31,087 nt of DNA from a virus. Lineage: Duplodnaviria > Caudoviricetes. Positions 1 to 7,608 of the stretch are shown piece after piece. The DNA is taken from positions 1-31,087 of IMG/VR virus record IMGVR_UViG_3300028586_000059; one strand, 5' to 3'. The position numbers and the translations under genes are program-made. The notes below the pieces were generated by a model. It worked only from the letters and a program-made list of their open reading frames with translations, did no database searches and was not told the origin of the DNA. Numbering within the stretch: the stretch's first letter is position 1; each line of letters begins with the position of its first letter.

Positions 1-167
1 TAATCGGTTGCCCACCGCTAATACCGCCGCCTCGAGTTAATATCTATCCACTTTCAATACCTTAAAAATTTTTGGCACGTTCCGGCCCTGGAGTCGTGGT
101 ATTGCTAAATACTCCTTCTTAATCTGTGCCGCAACCAGTCAAGCGCAGCCTTTGTCCCCGCTGCGGC

Positions 168-1265
168 TCATGCTGCACCGCCTTCCTGGCGCTCGCTTGG
201 TGTAGATGCTTGGGCCCCTGCAATGTCCTGCTCCGTGATGACGTAGGCACGCACATTCTTCACTTCGTAGAAGGTCGGCGGACACGCCTTCTCGATCCAG
301 GCCCCCAACAGCGCATCGAGCTCGGCTTTATCCTCCGCGCTCACGTCTGGATAACCATCCGCATATTCGCCAGCGATGTCGCCGGCGCGGTCACCCATCT
401 GCACGATCACGTCATCGGAATCGATCAGGCGGCTAAGCGCTGGATGGGTTGCTTCACCGACGAACACGCGTGCGCCCGCCACCAGATCAGGATTATTCTC
501 GAGCAGCTCGCCCAGCGAATCGTGGCTGAAGTTCTCGTAACTGATCGACCAGCACTCTGTCGGTGAGAGTGGCTGTGTTTGCGCTGGTAGAGGCGTGGGT
601 TGTGCTAGCGTTGCGGGCGCAGCGGCGAGCATCGCGGCATAGCACAATTTGGCCCGATGAGCGGCCTTTTGACAGCCGGTCATCGCGGCGTACGCTTCCC
701 ATTCCGCCGTAAGGCTGAAGAACTGGTCTGGTGCCGACTCAAAGCCCTTCGTTACCATTTCGAGGGTAGGTTCGACAGGAACTAACTTGAAGCCCTCCGG
801 CACAGCCACTTGACCGGCTTGTGCCGTGACAGGGGCTGCGAGCGCGAGGATGGCCGCAATGCATTTGGTCTTGGCCGTTTCAGCTCGATCAGACATCGCC
901 GGTTCACCCTTGCCCATGCGGCGCCCACACATATACTCTTCGTTCACCCAAGCCTGCGCAGCCCTCAGCGCGCGATCTACGTCAGCTTGGCCGCCCGCCT
1001 TGGTAACGAGCTGCAGGCTGACCTGGTCGACTGGCGCGCCGGCGTCAGCAGGTACTTCGACCACCAGCACGCGCTCGTGCTTCCCGGGTGCGTGGCTGAA
1101 CGGGTCACCAGCTTTGCCAACGGTACCGTGGTTTTCGCTGGTCATGCACAGCGACCAGTAGCGCGGCGCCACAGTGCGATCAGGGTCCGCCAGCATATGG
1201 GCGGGGACGCCGAAGGCGCGGGCAATTTGCTCCTTGTTGCTCTGGATGGCTTCGGTGATGGTCAT
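168..1265 (-). CDS. Phage early-left hypothetical protein (mosaic, Ea-region type)
   Basis: 365 aa ORF coupled to upstream ORF by ATGA overlap; contains the common phage motif VPEGFKLVPVEPTLEM...YAAMLAAAP. Confidence 0.75.
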   Translation of the reverse strand: MTITEAIQSNKEQIARAFGVPAHMLADPDRTVAPRYWSLCMTSENHGTVGKAGDPFSHAPGKHERVLVVEVPADAGAPVDQVSLQLVTKAGGQADVDRALRAAQAWVNEEYMCGRRMGKGEPAMSDRAETAKTKCIAAILALAAPVTAQAGQVAVPEGFKLVPVEPTLEMVTKGFESAPDQFFSLTAEWEAYAAMTGCQKAAHRAKLCYAAMLAAAPATLAQPTPLPAQTQPLSPTECWSISYENFSHDSLGELLENNPDLVAGARVFVGEATHPALSRLIDSDDVIVQMGDRAGDIAGEYADGYPDVSAEDKAELDALLGAWIEKACPPTFYEVKNVRAYVITEQDIAGAQASTPSERQEGGAA

Positions 1266-1447
1266 CGGTTTCCCTCTCGGTCTCGGTTTATGCGGCGCGG
1301 CATTGCCTGCGCCAGTTTGTTTTCGGCACGTACCCGATGTGCTTGCGCGATCGTGGCTGCTGCTTCTGCGACGACCAGCTGGCGGAACAGGTCGCGCGCC
1401 ATCTGTTCGTCGCTCTCGTAGTTGGGCCGCAATTCTTCATAGGTCAT
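1262..1447 (-). CDS. Small hypothetical phage protein
   Basis: MTYEELRPNY..., start at 1447 chosen because of ATGA coupling to the upstream small ORF. Confidence 0.6.
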   Translation of the reverse strand: MTYEELRPNYESDEQMARDLFRQLVVAEAAATIAQAHRVRAENKLAQAMPRRINRDREGNR

Positions 1448-1557
1448 AGCGGCCACCCGTGAGCAATGGCCGAGGCGCAGAGAGCGCAATACAGCAGCAC
1501 GGCGGCGCACTTCCACTTGATGGCTTGCAGGCGGTGCTCGTTGAACGTAGATTTCAC
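1444..1557 (-). CDS. 37 aa hydrophobic hypothetical peptide
   Basis: Own translation MKSTFNEHRLQAIKWKCAAVLLYCALCASAIAHGWPL; 4-nt overlaps with both neighbours. Confidence 0.5.
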   Translation of the reverse strand: MKSTFNEHRLQAIKWKCAAVLLYCALCASAIAHGWPL

Positions 1558-2258
1558 TGCAGGACCTCCGCCACAGCCTTATTGACGTGCAGGATGCGCA
1601 GCGCGAGCGCGGCGGCTTCGGCCTGGTTGATCGCGTCGTCCAGTGCGTGGTGGTGCGTGCCGCCGCGGCGGTCGACTTTCACGCCTGCCAGGTCGTAAAG
1701 GGTGCGGGTGTCGCGCACGCTCCAGAACTCCCACGGTGCCGGGATGCCGCACGCGCGGTAGGCTGCATCGAGCAGCGGCACGTCGAAAGTCGCGCCGTGG
1801 CACCAGGGATACTTCGCGCTTTGCTCGAGAATCCATTCGCGGAAGCAACCCAGCACCGTGCCGAGCGCCATGGCGTCGGTTGGGAATGCCGCAGCGCGCG
1901 CCTCGTCGCTCTGGCGCATCCACCATTCAACGGTGGCCGGGTCGATGGTCAGGCCAACGTCGGTACACGACGAGAGCCGGATCGGCGCGTAGAACGTGGC
2001 ACCCAGGCCATCCATGCCGAACATCACGGCGCCGACGCTCAGAATCGCGGAGCCGGGCGTGGTACCGAGCGTCTCGGTATCGATCATGACGTCGCTCATC
2101 TTGGCCAAGCCGGGACCAGCGTCACGCCAGTCCAGGTGCTTGACGGGCTGCACTTTGTCGTCCAAGCGCCGCAGCAGCTCGCCATTCACGGTCGACGGAA
2201 TAATCCGCTCGTGCTCTTGGATGGTTGGTACTACATTTGTGGTATCGATCATTGTCAT
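1554..2258 (-). CDS. 3'-5' exonuclease, DEDD family (Rv2179c/exonuclease VIII C-terminal-like)
   Basis: Motifs VMIDTETLG, WCHGATFDVPLL, RDTRTL, HHALDDA. Confidence 0.88.
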   Translation of the reverse strand: MTMIDTTNVVPTIQEHERIIPSTVNGELLRRLDDKVQPVKHLDWRDAGPGLAKMSDVMIDTETLGTTPGSAILSVGAVMFGMDGLGATFYAPIRLSSCTDVGLTIDPATVEWWMRQSDEARAAAFPTDAMALGTVLGCFREWILEQSAKYPWCHGATFDVPLLDAAYRACGIPAPWEFWSVRDTRTLYDLAGVKVDRRGGTHHHALDDAINQAEAAALALRILHVNKAVAEVLQ

Positions 2259-2425
2259 TTCCTCGAATCCGGTGGGCGTGCAGCCGCAAAAGCTTTTTCA
2301 ATGGCGGCTGCTCGCTGATAGCGGCTGGACTGGACGTTAATGCGCGACTGCTGAATGGCTTGGCGGTCGGCAGGCGTTAACGATTGCGAGTCGGCGCTGG
2401 GCGCGCGGCGTGCGCGGTACTTCAT
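2255..2425 (-). CDS. 56 aa basic hypothetical protein
   Basis: Own translation MKYRARRAPSADSQSLTPADRQAIQQSRINVQSSRYQRAAAIEKAFAAARPPDSRK; ATGA overlaps at both ends. Confidence 0.55.
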   Translation of the reverse strand: MKYRARRAPSADSQSLTPADRQAIQQSRINVQSSRYQRAAAIEKAFAAARPPDSRK

Positions 2426-3321
2426 GCCCGCGCCTCGCCGCCCATCGCTTCGACCAGGTCTGCCAGCAGCTTGGCCAGCTCGCCCGACATGAGAGCAAAG
2501 TCGCTGTCGAAGCGCTCGTCGGCGTCATGCACGCCGATAGCGCCTTCCTTGAGCACGTCCAGCGGTTTGATGCTCTTGATAGCCAGCGACTCATCCAGCA
2601 CGAAACTGATGCGGTCGTTCCACGTCAGCGCGAGGCGCGTGCACTGTTTGCCCGCAGCGATGTGGCGGCGGGTGTCTTGTGGGTCCAGCGTGTGGCGCTT
2701 GTATCCGATCTGGGCACGGCTCTCGCCGGTAGCGCGCAGCGTCGCATCCTGGTCGATCGTAAAGCCGTACGGCGCTTCATCGGCTTCGAGCCAGCCAGTC
2801 ATCACGGCCACCGGCGAACGCTGCACGCGTAGCGATTCCAGCGGCATCTTGTCGACCGCCTTGAGCAGCAGCTTGACGACGTCGTCAGCCTTGGCGGGGC
2901 CCGACGCATCGACCACGAGCCAGCCATTGACCGGATCGATCCACACCAGCACGGTCGAGCGAATCGGGAACGCGCGTGGCAGCAGCTCGTCGGCGACGCG
3001 CTCTTTCAACTCGCGCATCGCTTTCTTCCCTAGGCGGAACCCTTGCTGTTCTTCCAGCTCATCGGCGCGCGCCGCGGCGACCTGATTGATCACCTTCGCG
3101 GGCAGTACCTTCTTCTCGGTAACGAGCTGCAGCAGGAACTGGCCGTTCACTGTGTGCACGAGCGACATGCCGGCTCCGCGTGGCGACTGCCACCCTTGAC
3201 GCAGCAGCTCGCTGCTCGACGCCGGCGTGAACGCCTGGATCGTGAGTGCGCCGGCCAGCGCGTCGGCGGTCATCGCGTACGGCGCCGGCAGGCGGTAGAT
3301 CTGGAGGTTTCGGAAAAACAT
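2422..3321 (-). CDS. rdgC: Recombination-associated protein RdgC
   Basis: MFFRNLQIYRL start, EKKVLPAKVI, LLPRAF, LALTWNDRISFVL, FDSDFALMSGEL; 299 aa. Confidence 0.95.
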   Translation of the reverse strand: MFFRNLQIYRLPAPYAMTADALAGALTIQAFTPASSSELLRQGWQSPRGAGMSLVHTVNGQFLLQLVTEKKVLPAKVINQVAAARADELEEQQGFRLGKKAMRELKERVADELLPRAFPIRSTVLVWIDPVNGWLVVDASGPAKADDVVKLLLKAVDKMPLESLRVQRSPVAVMTGWLEADEAPYGFTIDQDATLRATGESRAQIGYKRHTLDPQDTRRHIAAGKQCTRLALTWNDRISFVLDESLAIKSIKPLDVLKEGAIGVHDADERFDSDFALMSGELAKLLADLVEAMGGEARA

Positions 3322-3349
3322 CGTGGTTCCTTCGTTATCGGGAAGTCAG

Positions 3350-3475
3350 TTAAAGGTGTGGCGCGATCGGATCGATTGCGCCGGCCAGGCAGATCAGAAG
3401 AGCCAGCAACGCGAGCATTACGCCCGGGTGGCGCTCGGCCCAGTCCATGCCAAAAAAAAGTAAAAAGCGGATCAT
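3350..3475 (-). CDS. 41 aa small membrane peptide
   Basis: Own translation MIRFLLFFGMDWAERHPGVMLALLALLICLAGAIDPIAPHL; GAGG RBS upstream. Confidence 0.55.
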   Translation of the reverse strand: MIRFLLFFGMDWAERHPGVMLALLALLICLAGAIDPIAPHL

Positions 3476-3482
3476 TGGGACC

Positions 3483-3959
3483 TCAAGTTTTTGATTTGGC
3501 CCGCGCGACGGGCTGACGGCTCGACTTCGAGCGGGTAGGGTTGAGCGCGGCAGCTTCGTCGCGTTCTTCGGTGAGCTTCTGCAGGGAGGCGCGGGTGATC
3601 GCGGCCATCGTCGCGGCGTCCCGGTTTGGATGGGCGCCGTAGTGTTCGGTGACTCCGCGCCGGCCAGGGCCGTATCCCACGGTCACCGAGTACTCGTCAT
3701 GGTCGTGCTTTATGTTCAGCGCGTGCTTGATGGCGAGCGCGCCAGCGGCCCGCGGATCGCGCCGCCACTTCGACATGATTTCGCTTGTGCGAATGCCGCT
3801 GCCGCTGCCGACACGGCCCGTCATCAAGTAGACGTTCGAGTCAATCGATAGACCCAGGCCGCCGGGCATCGAAGTGCGCACGCGCAGGTCAAGCCGCGCA
3901 ATCTCGCGTTCGTCGGCGATCGCCTGCTTCAGGTAATCCTGGTCCCACTTTTGGGTCAT
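3483..3959 (-). CDS. Hypothetical phage protein
   Basis: MTQKWDQ start with ATGA overlap and GAGG RBS; in operon. Confidence 0.7.
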   Translation of the reverse strand: MTQKWDQDYLKQAIADEREIARLDLRVRTSMPGGLGLSIDSNVYLMTGRVGSGSGIRTSEIMSKWRRDPRAAGALAIKHALNIKHDHDEYSVTVGYGPGRRGVTEHYGAHPNRDAATMAAITRASLQKLTEERDEAAALNPTRSKSSRQPVARAKSKT

Positions 3960-4270
3960 GCCGTCACCTCGTCGGCCTGGGCTGGCATAGCGACCGTCTC
4001 GGTTTCGTACTTCGTGCCGCAAAACGGGCAGTAGGTGAAGACCATATTTTGTTGCTGCACCTTGCGCTTGACGCCGCCTTTGCGCAGCGGATGGTCGGCA
4101 GCAGCTTCGATCTTCATGCAGCCTTTCAGCGTCATGTTCATCGCGTCATTGAGGATCAGCGTATAGCCGGTCAACTCCACCTCGTGCTTGGATGCATTAG
4201 GGCTCTGCTCCTTAAAGCGAGCGAGGAGCTTCGCTTCGATGCTGGACTTGCAGCTGCATGCCATGTTCAT
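3956..4270 (-). CDS. Hypothetical Zn-binding phage protein, first gene of PL operon
   Basis: N-terminal CxC and C-terminal YCPFCG; AGGGGA RBS before ATG at 4270. Confidence 0.7.
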   Translation of the reverse strand: MNMACSCKSSIEAKLLARFKEQSPNASKHEVELTGYTLILNDAMNMTLKGCMKIEAAADHPLRKGGVKRKVQQQNMVFTYCPFCGTKYETETVAMPAQADEVTA

Positions 4271-4347
4271 TCCCCTGTTTCGTTTTTCGGCGAAGCCGAA
4301 TGTTTGTGTCACGGCTCGCAATCGCGCAGCTCGTACAATTGATGAAT

Positions 4348-4376
4348 ACTTTAGCGTACTAAATAACTTGGCACAA
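4348..4376 (-). promoter_or_regulatory. PL-like promoter
   Basis: Minus strand TTGTGC-17 bp-TAAAGT; same gcTAAAGTatt -10 context as the cro promoter. Confidence 0.7.
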
Positions 4377-4398
4377 GAACTTTCTTTAGTTTGCTAAA
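4350..4398. promoter_or_regulatory. OL operators (two sites)
   Basis: TTTAGCGTACTAAA (4350-4363) and TTTAGTTTGCTAAA (4385-4398) match the TTTAG-N4-CTAAA palindromes between cI and cro. Confidence 0.85.
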
Positions 4399-4403
4399 GT
4401 TCG

Positions 4404-4412
4404 TGATAAAAT
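4404..4412 (+). promoter_or_regulatory. Extended -10 promoter, divergent from PL
   Basis: TG-A-TAAAAT; predicted start near 4419, which is the first base of a hairpin. Confidence 0.55.
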
Positions 4413-4418
4413 TATTTC

Positions 4419-4700
4419 GTCGCCTAAGGATTGGTGACTGCAGGCTTGGGGAAGGGAGGGGAAACCGCCGACGCTCAGGCTCAAGTGCCAAGGACGACCG
4501 GAAGGGCAACGCGTGGGTGGATCGTAGAGCGCGCCGGGGGACAGGTAGAGATGCCTGGGAAGTCTGCGAACAAGCGAAAGTGTCCGAAGGCGAAAGCATG
4601 GGATGCGGTAGCCCACCACGGAGGTCGATCAACGTCGACCGCTTTAGGGAGGGTTACGCTCTGGAACCGAGACTCTGCTGGGATAAAGCAAAGCCAACAA
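4419..4700 (+). ncRNA. Candidate large structured ncRNA, family unassigned
   Basis: No credible ORF; five GNRA-capped stems and long-range pairings (4512-4520 with 4613-4620; 4443-4447 with 4691-4695); own promoter. Confidence 0.55.
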
Positions 4701-4713
4701 CTTAAAAACACCT

Positions 4714-4744
4714 ACCTGAACAGCCAAGAACAGAACCTGAACAG
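4714..4744 (+). repeat. Direct repeats ACCTGAACAG x2 with an intervening GAACAG
   Basis: ACCTGAACAG at 4714-4723 and 4735-4744 (21 bp period); GAACAG at 4728-4733. Confidence 0.7.
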
Positions 4745-4780
4745 TACCTATAGAGGGTGCGTAGGAAAAAAGGCCCGAAA

Positions 4781-5143
4781 ATGTCGCAAAAATTGACCCT
4801 CGCGGTCTACCTGGAGCAGAAAGGCCAGAAGGCAAAGGCGCTCAAGAGGGTCGAGGCCGAAGCGTTCGGCATCCCGTATCCCCTGCAGGCCGGCTGGCCA
4901 GGTAGACATGGGGGCATGGAAGTCACACCTCAGATGCTCGAACAGATTGCAACGGCGCCGCGCACGAAGGTTCGGTCAGCTGGTCCGGGGCCACAGGATA
5001 ACGAGGCGCGTCAAAATATCCGACCGGGCTGCGATATCAATCACGAGGGCCAGGTCGAAGCAATACGACCATCCCGGTTCCCTGGATTTGTCGTGCGGCC
5101 AGCGCTGCGCCATCGCACGCGGCGACCTGCCCCTTTGACATAA
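4781..5143 (+). CDS. Hypothetical basic protein downstream of candidate ncRNA
   Basis: MSQKLTLAVYLEQK...EAEAFGIPYPLQAGW; followed by hairpin ACCCGC-GCTGG-GCGGGT (5148-5164). Confidence 0.7.
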   Translation: MSQKLTLAVYLEQKGQKAKALKRVEAEAFGIPYPLQAGWPGRHGGMEVTPQMLEQIATAPRTKVRSAGPGPQDNEARQNIRPGCDINHEGQVEAIRPSRFPGFVVRPALRHRTRRPAPLT

Positions 5144-5176
5144 CAATACCCGCGCTGGGCGGGTGAGGAGTTTTAC

Positions 5177-5668
5177 ATGGACAAGATCACGTTTTCACCG
5201 CAAGAATTGGCCGAGAAGATGCTGGCAATCAGTGGCGGCGCTTTGACAGGGGAGGCTGCTACGGAGGTGTTACGCGCCGTGAAGGCCATCCACGAAGGAG
5301 GGCGGAAGGCCCTTCAAACGCTTGGCGATAGTATGAAGGATGCGGAGAATGCGCTGGCTTACGGTCCGCAGCTGCGCTCGATTCAAGAGGTCAGCGGGTC
5401 ATGGGGGCGAAGCGTTGCCACCGATGGTGAGCTCGCTGCTATATTTTCCACCCTTATGGGATGCATCGGCAAGCCCCCTGCGCCCCGAGTTGGTCTGTCG
5501 AGCTTCTCGACTGGTGACAAGCTCATTGCATTGACGCGCGGTCTGGACGCGCTATCCAGGATAGTCGTCCAGCGTAAGATGAGCGTGAAGATGACCAATG
5601 CTGTCGGTGACAGCATATGGATTGATCTCACGCCCGGCGATGGCGGCGAGTACGTCCGCTGGAGTTAG
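5177..5668 (+). CDS. Hypothetical protein
   Basis: 163 aa with strong GAGGAG RBS. Confidence 0.75.
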   Translation: MDKITFSPQELAEKMLAISGGALTGEAATEVLRAVKAIHEGGRKALQTLGDSMKDAENALAYGPQLRSIQEVSGSWGRSVATDGELAAIFSTLMGCIGKPPAPRVGLSSFSTGDKLIALTRGLDALSRIVVQRKMSVKMTNAVGDSIWIDLTPGDGGEYVRWS

Positions 5669-5994
5669 TCTGCAGGCGGCACGATTACGTCCCGCTGTCC
5701 TGCGGGAATCGCATTGTAAGCATTATGCATTGCGGTTTTCGCTTTATGATAATCAGACAATGCCATAGCAAGGTCTTGAGCGCTCACCCATTCGTTCGCA
5801 TCAATCGATGGGGCGAATCGGTTCAAAGCCACCTCGGCGGGGAATCCAGCACTAACGTTCGAAATCATTGTTTTCTTCCAATCCCTCAAGGCGACAGCTG
5901 CGCGATTGACGATCCCGGCGATCTCGATGCATCGCTTGGTGGCTGCTTCAAATCCAGATTTTGCTGCTTGGTATTGCTCGATTTCCGATGACAT
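5665..5994 (-). CDS. Hypothetical helical protein
   Basis: MSSEIEQ start with AAGGA RBS; converges on previous gene. Confidence 0.7.
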   Translation of the reverse strand: MSSEIEQYQAAKSGFEAATKRCIEIAGIVNRAAVALRDWKKTMISNVSAGFPAEVALNRFAPSIDANEWVSAQDLAMALSDYHKAKTAMHNAYNAIPAGQRDVIVPPAD

Positions 5995-6106
5995 TTCGTT
6001 CCTTAGATAACCGGCATCCAGGCGTGCCGTAGCGCCTACATCCGTTGTGCTGTTTGCGCAGGCGTTACGCAATAGCTCTGCGCTCCGCAGGGCCGTCGAG
6101 CTAGAC

Positions 6107-6292
6107 TTAATAAGGAAGTGCAGTTCCTACCTTCGATCCGGCTCCCATAATGCCGACAACCGCAACGAGCGTGATTACAATGGAAATGCTGGCAACGGCT
6201 TTGACCAACGTTTTGGTGTCTTCGCGAGCCAGCATGTCGAGCATCCGCGTGATGGTGTACGCGGCGATGAGTACGCTAAGTGCAGGAATCAT
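6107..6292 (-). CDS. Small two-TM membrane protein
   Basis: 61 aa with two hydrophobic segments. Confidence 0.6.
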   Translation of the reverse strand: MIPALSVLIAAYTITRMLDMLAREDTKTLVKAVASISIVITLVAVVGIMGAGSKVGTALPY

Positions 6293-6418
6293 GACTTCTT
6301 TCAGGGGGAGGCATCTAAGCGTGCCGTTTCGCTCGCGCGAGTATAGCCGGGGTGCAGGCGCCGAAATCTAGCCAATAGTCACCAAAGGTAAGGAGTAGCG
6401 ACCGTGTGTCCGCTGACG

Positions 6419-6943
6419 TCATGACTTGTACGGTTGCAGCACTGTTGTTACGTCTTGGCCGTTCATAAACAGTTCGACGATGCGGCCTGATCGCAGATCG
6501 CCCCTGCATGTCGCAGCGGGAACATTGAGGTCTTTATCAGAGGGTGAATAGTAACGGGTGTCTTTCGGCCAAACAAAATAGAATTCTGGATAAGTACCCT
6601 GATTTTTTGCATCTGGTAGTGGCGGGACCTCTCCGGCAGGCGACAGCGTCTGTATATGGCCTTGGCACGTCGCAAGAGCTTCCTGTGTCCTCCAGGCGTC
6701 ATCCGTTTCTTGATCTGGATTCATTCGGGTGTAGCCGACTGTAATGAGGCAGCCGGCAAAAATTACAGCAACTAAAGCCACGGCCCACTCCTTCCGACCA
6801 AGCCAGATTTTGGATCCACGATCTAAGTCATAAGAGGTTACCGAAGATAATATAGGCAACGTGGACCCGCACCATGGGCAACTGGCGTGATTCTTTCGAC
6901 CGGAAATAGGAGATTTACACGTCGGACATTGAATTTTGAGCAT
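6419..6943 (-). CDS. Zinc-ribbon plus single-TM protein with periplasmic C-terminus
   Basis: CPTC...CPWC followed by hydrophobic WAVALVAVIFAGCLITVGY. Confidence 0.7.
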   Translation of the reverse strand: MLKIQCPTCKSPISGRKNHASCPWCGSTLPILSSVTSYDLDRGSKIWLGRKEWAVALVAVIFAGCLITVGYTRMNPDQETDDAWRTQEALATCQGHIQTLSPAGEVPPLPDAKNQGTYPEFYFVWPKDTRYYSPSDKDLNVPAATCRGDLRSGRIVELFMNGQDVTTVLQPYKS

Positions 6944-7118
6944 GGATACATCTGCGCGCAACGAATAAATCAGCCTTTATAGTACGCGTCATGTTCCTGG
7001 GAAATCTCTTCAATTGTTGCGGCCGAAGTTGTAAACCGTCGAAGTTGCGCGTAAGCTACTTGAAAAATCAGTGGATGCCTCGGCTACCCTAAATTAGAGT
7101 TCCACGTTGAAAGCACTC

Positions 7119-7385
7119 ATGCAAATAGATCAGTTCGACATCTCTAACGGTGCGCACCCTTACCGCTTGGCAGTATTGGACGCTAGTGGCAATCCAATTG
7201 AGTTACTGGCTCTCGAACGCGCCAGTGCTCTGGATGTATTGACCTTCTTCCGTTCGGTTATGGCTCGGATTGACCTGGAGCAGCTGGCGCAGCATGAGGG
7301 GAAAACTTTCAGCCACGCTCTCGGGCCGGCGATCGGCGCGCGGCCTGTCGAAAGCGTCAGCGCATATCCCAAAGCCGAAGAATGA
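7119..7385 (+). CDS. Hypothetical protein
   Basis: ORF of protein-like composition; start uncertain (TTG 7107 or ATG 7119). Confidence 0.45.
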   Translation: MQIDQFDISNGAHPYRLAVLDASGNPIELLALERASALDVLTFFRSVMARIDLEQLAQHEGKTFSHALGPAIGARPVESVSAYPKAEE

Positions 7386-7593
7386 AATTCTCAACATTGA
7401 CATACGAAGGGCTCGGCTCGCCCTTGATCACGTTCTCACACCACTGATCATCCAGCTCGGTATTCCACGCATCTAAGTCACTCCCTAAGTACTTTTCTGC
7501 GAAAGTAATGGCTACAGCGTATTCCGCCTGCTCGAGGTCGAAGCCACCGCGTAGATTTACGAGAAATGTGGCGATTAGAGTGCTCTTCTTCAT
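7357..7593 (-). CDS. Small acidic hypothetical protein, third gene of the cI operon
   Basis: 78 aa ORF 15 nt after the S24 paralogue, GAGAG RBS-like. Confidence 0.55.
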   Translation of the reverse strand: MKKSTLIATFLVNLRGGFDLEQAEYAVAITFAEKYLGSDLDAWNTELDDQWCENVIKGEPSPSYVNVENFILRLWDMR

Positions 7594-7608
7594 GCTGCTC
7601 TCATATGC

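Noticed and set aside
1-167. Gene or att site at the left edge
   Set aside because: AT-richer stretch but no complete ORF or repeat can be supported within the window
2255-2425. Lambda N-like antiterminator based on the Arg-rich N-terminus
   Set aside because: Not in first position after PL, motif too short, and no convincing boxA/boxB nut sites seen
4419-4700. Assignment to RNase P RNA, tmRNA, group I/II intron or a riboswitch
   Set aside because: I could not find their hallmark motifs (P4 pair, tRNA-like ends, domain V, conserved cores); left unassigned
4714-4744. CRISPR-like or guide-RNA array
   Set aside because: Only two 10-bp copies with an 11-nt gap; no array and no cas genes anywhere in the window
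4351-4835. Several overlapping ORFs in the ORF track (4351-4632, 4391-4705, 4431-4796, 4481-4711 and others)
   Set aside because: Starts fall within operators/promoter or lack an RBS, and compositions are not protein-like; RNA structure explains the region better
7107-7593. Convergent overlapping ORF pair as a toxin-antitoxin module
   Set aside because: No recognisable TA motif, and orientation is not typical of type II pairs
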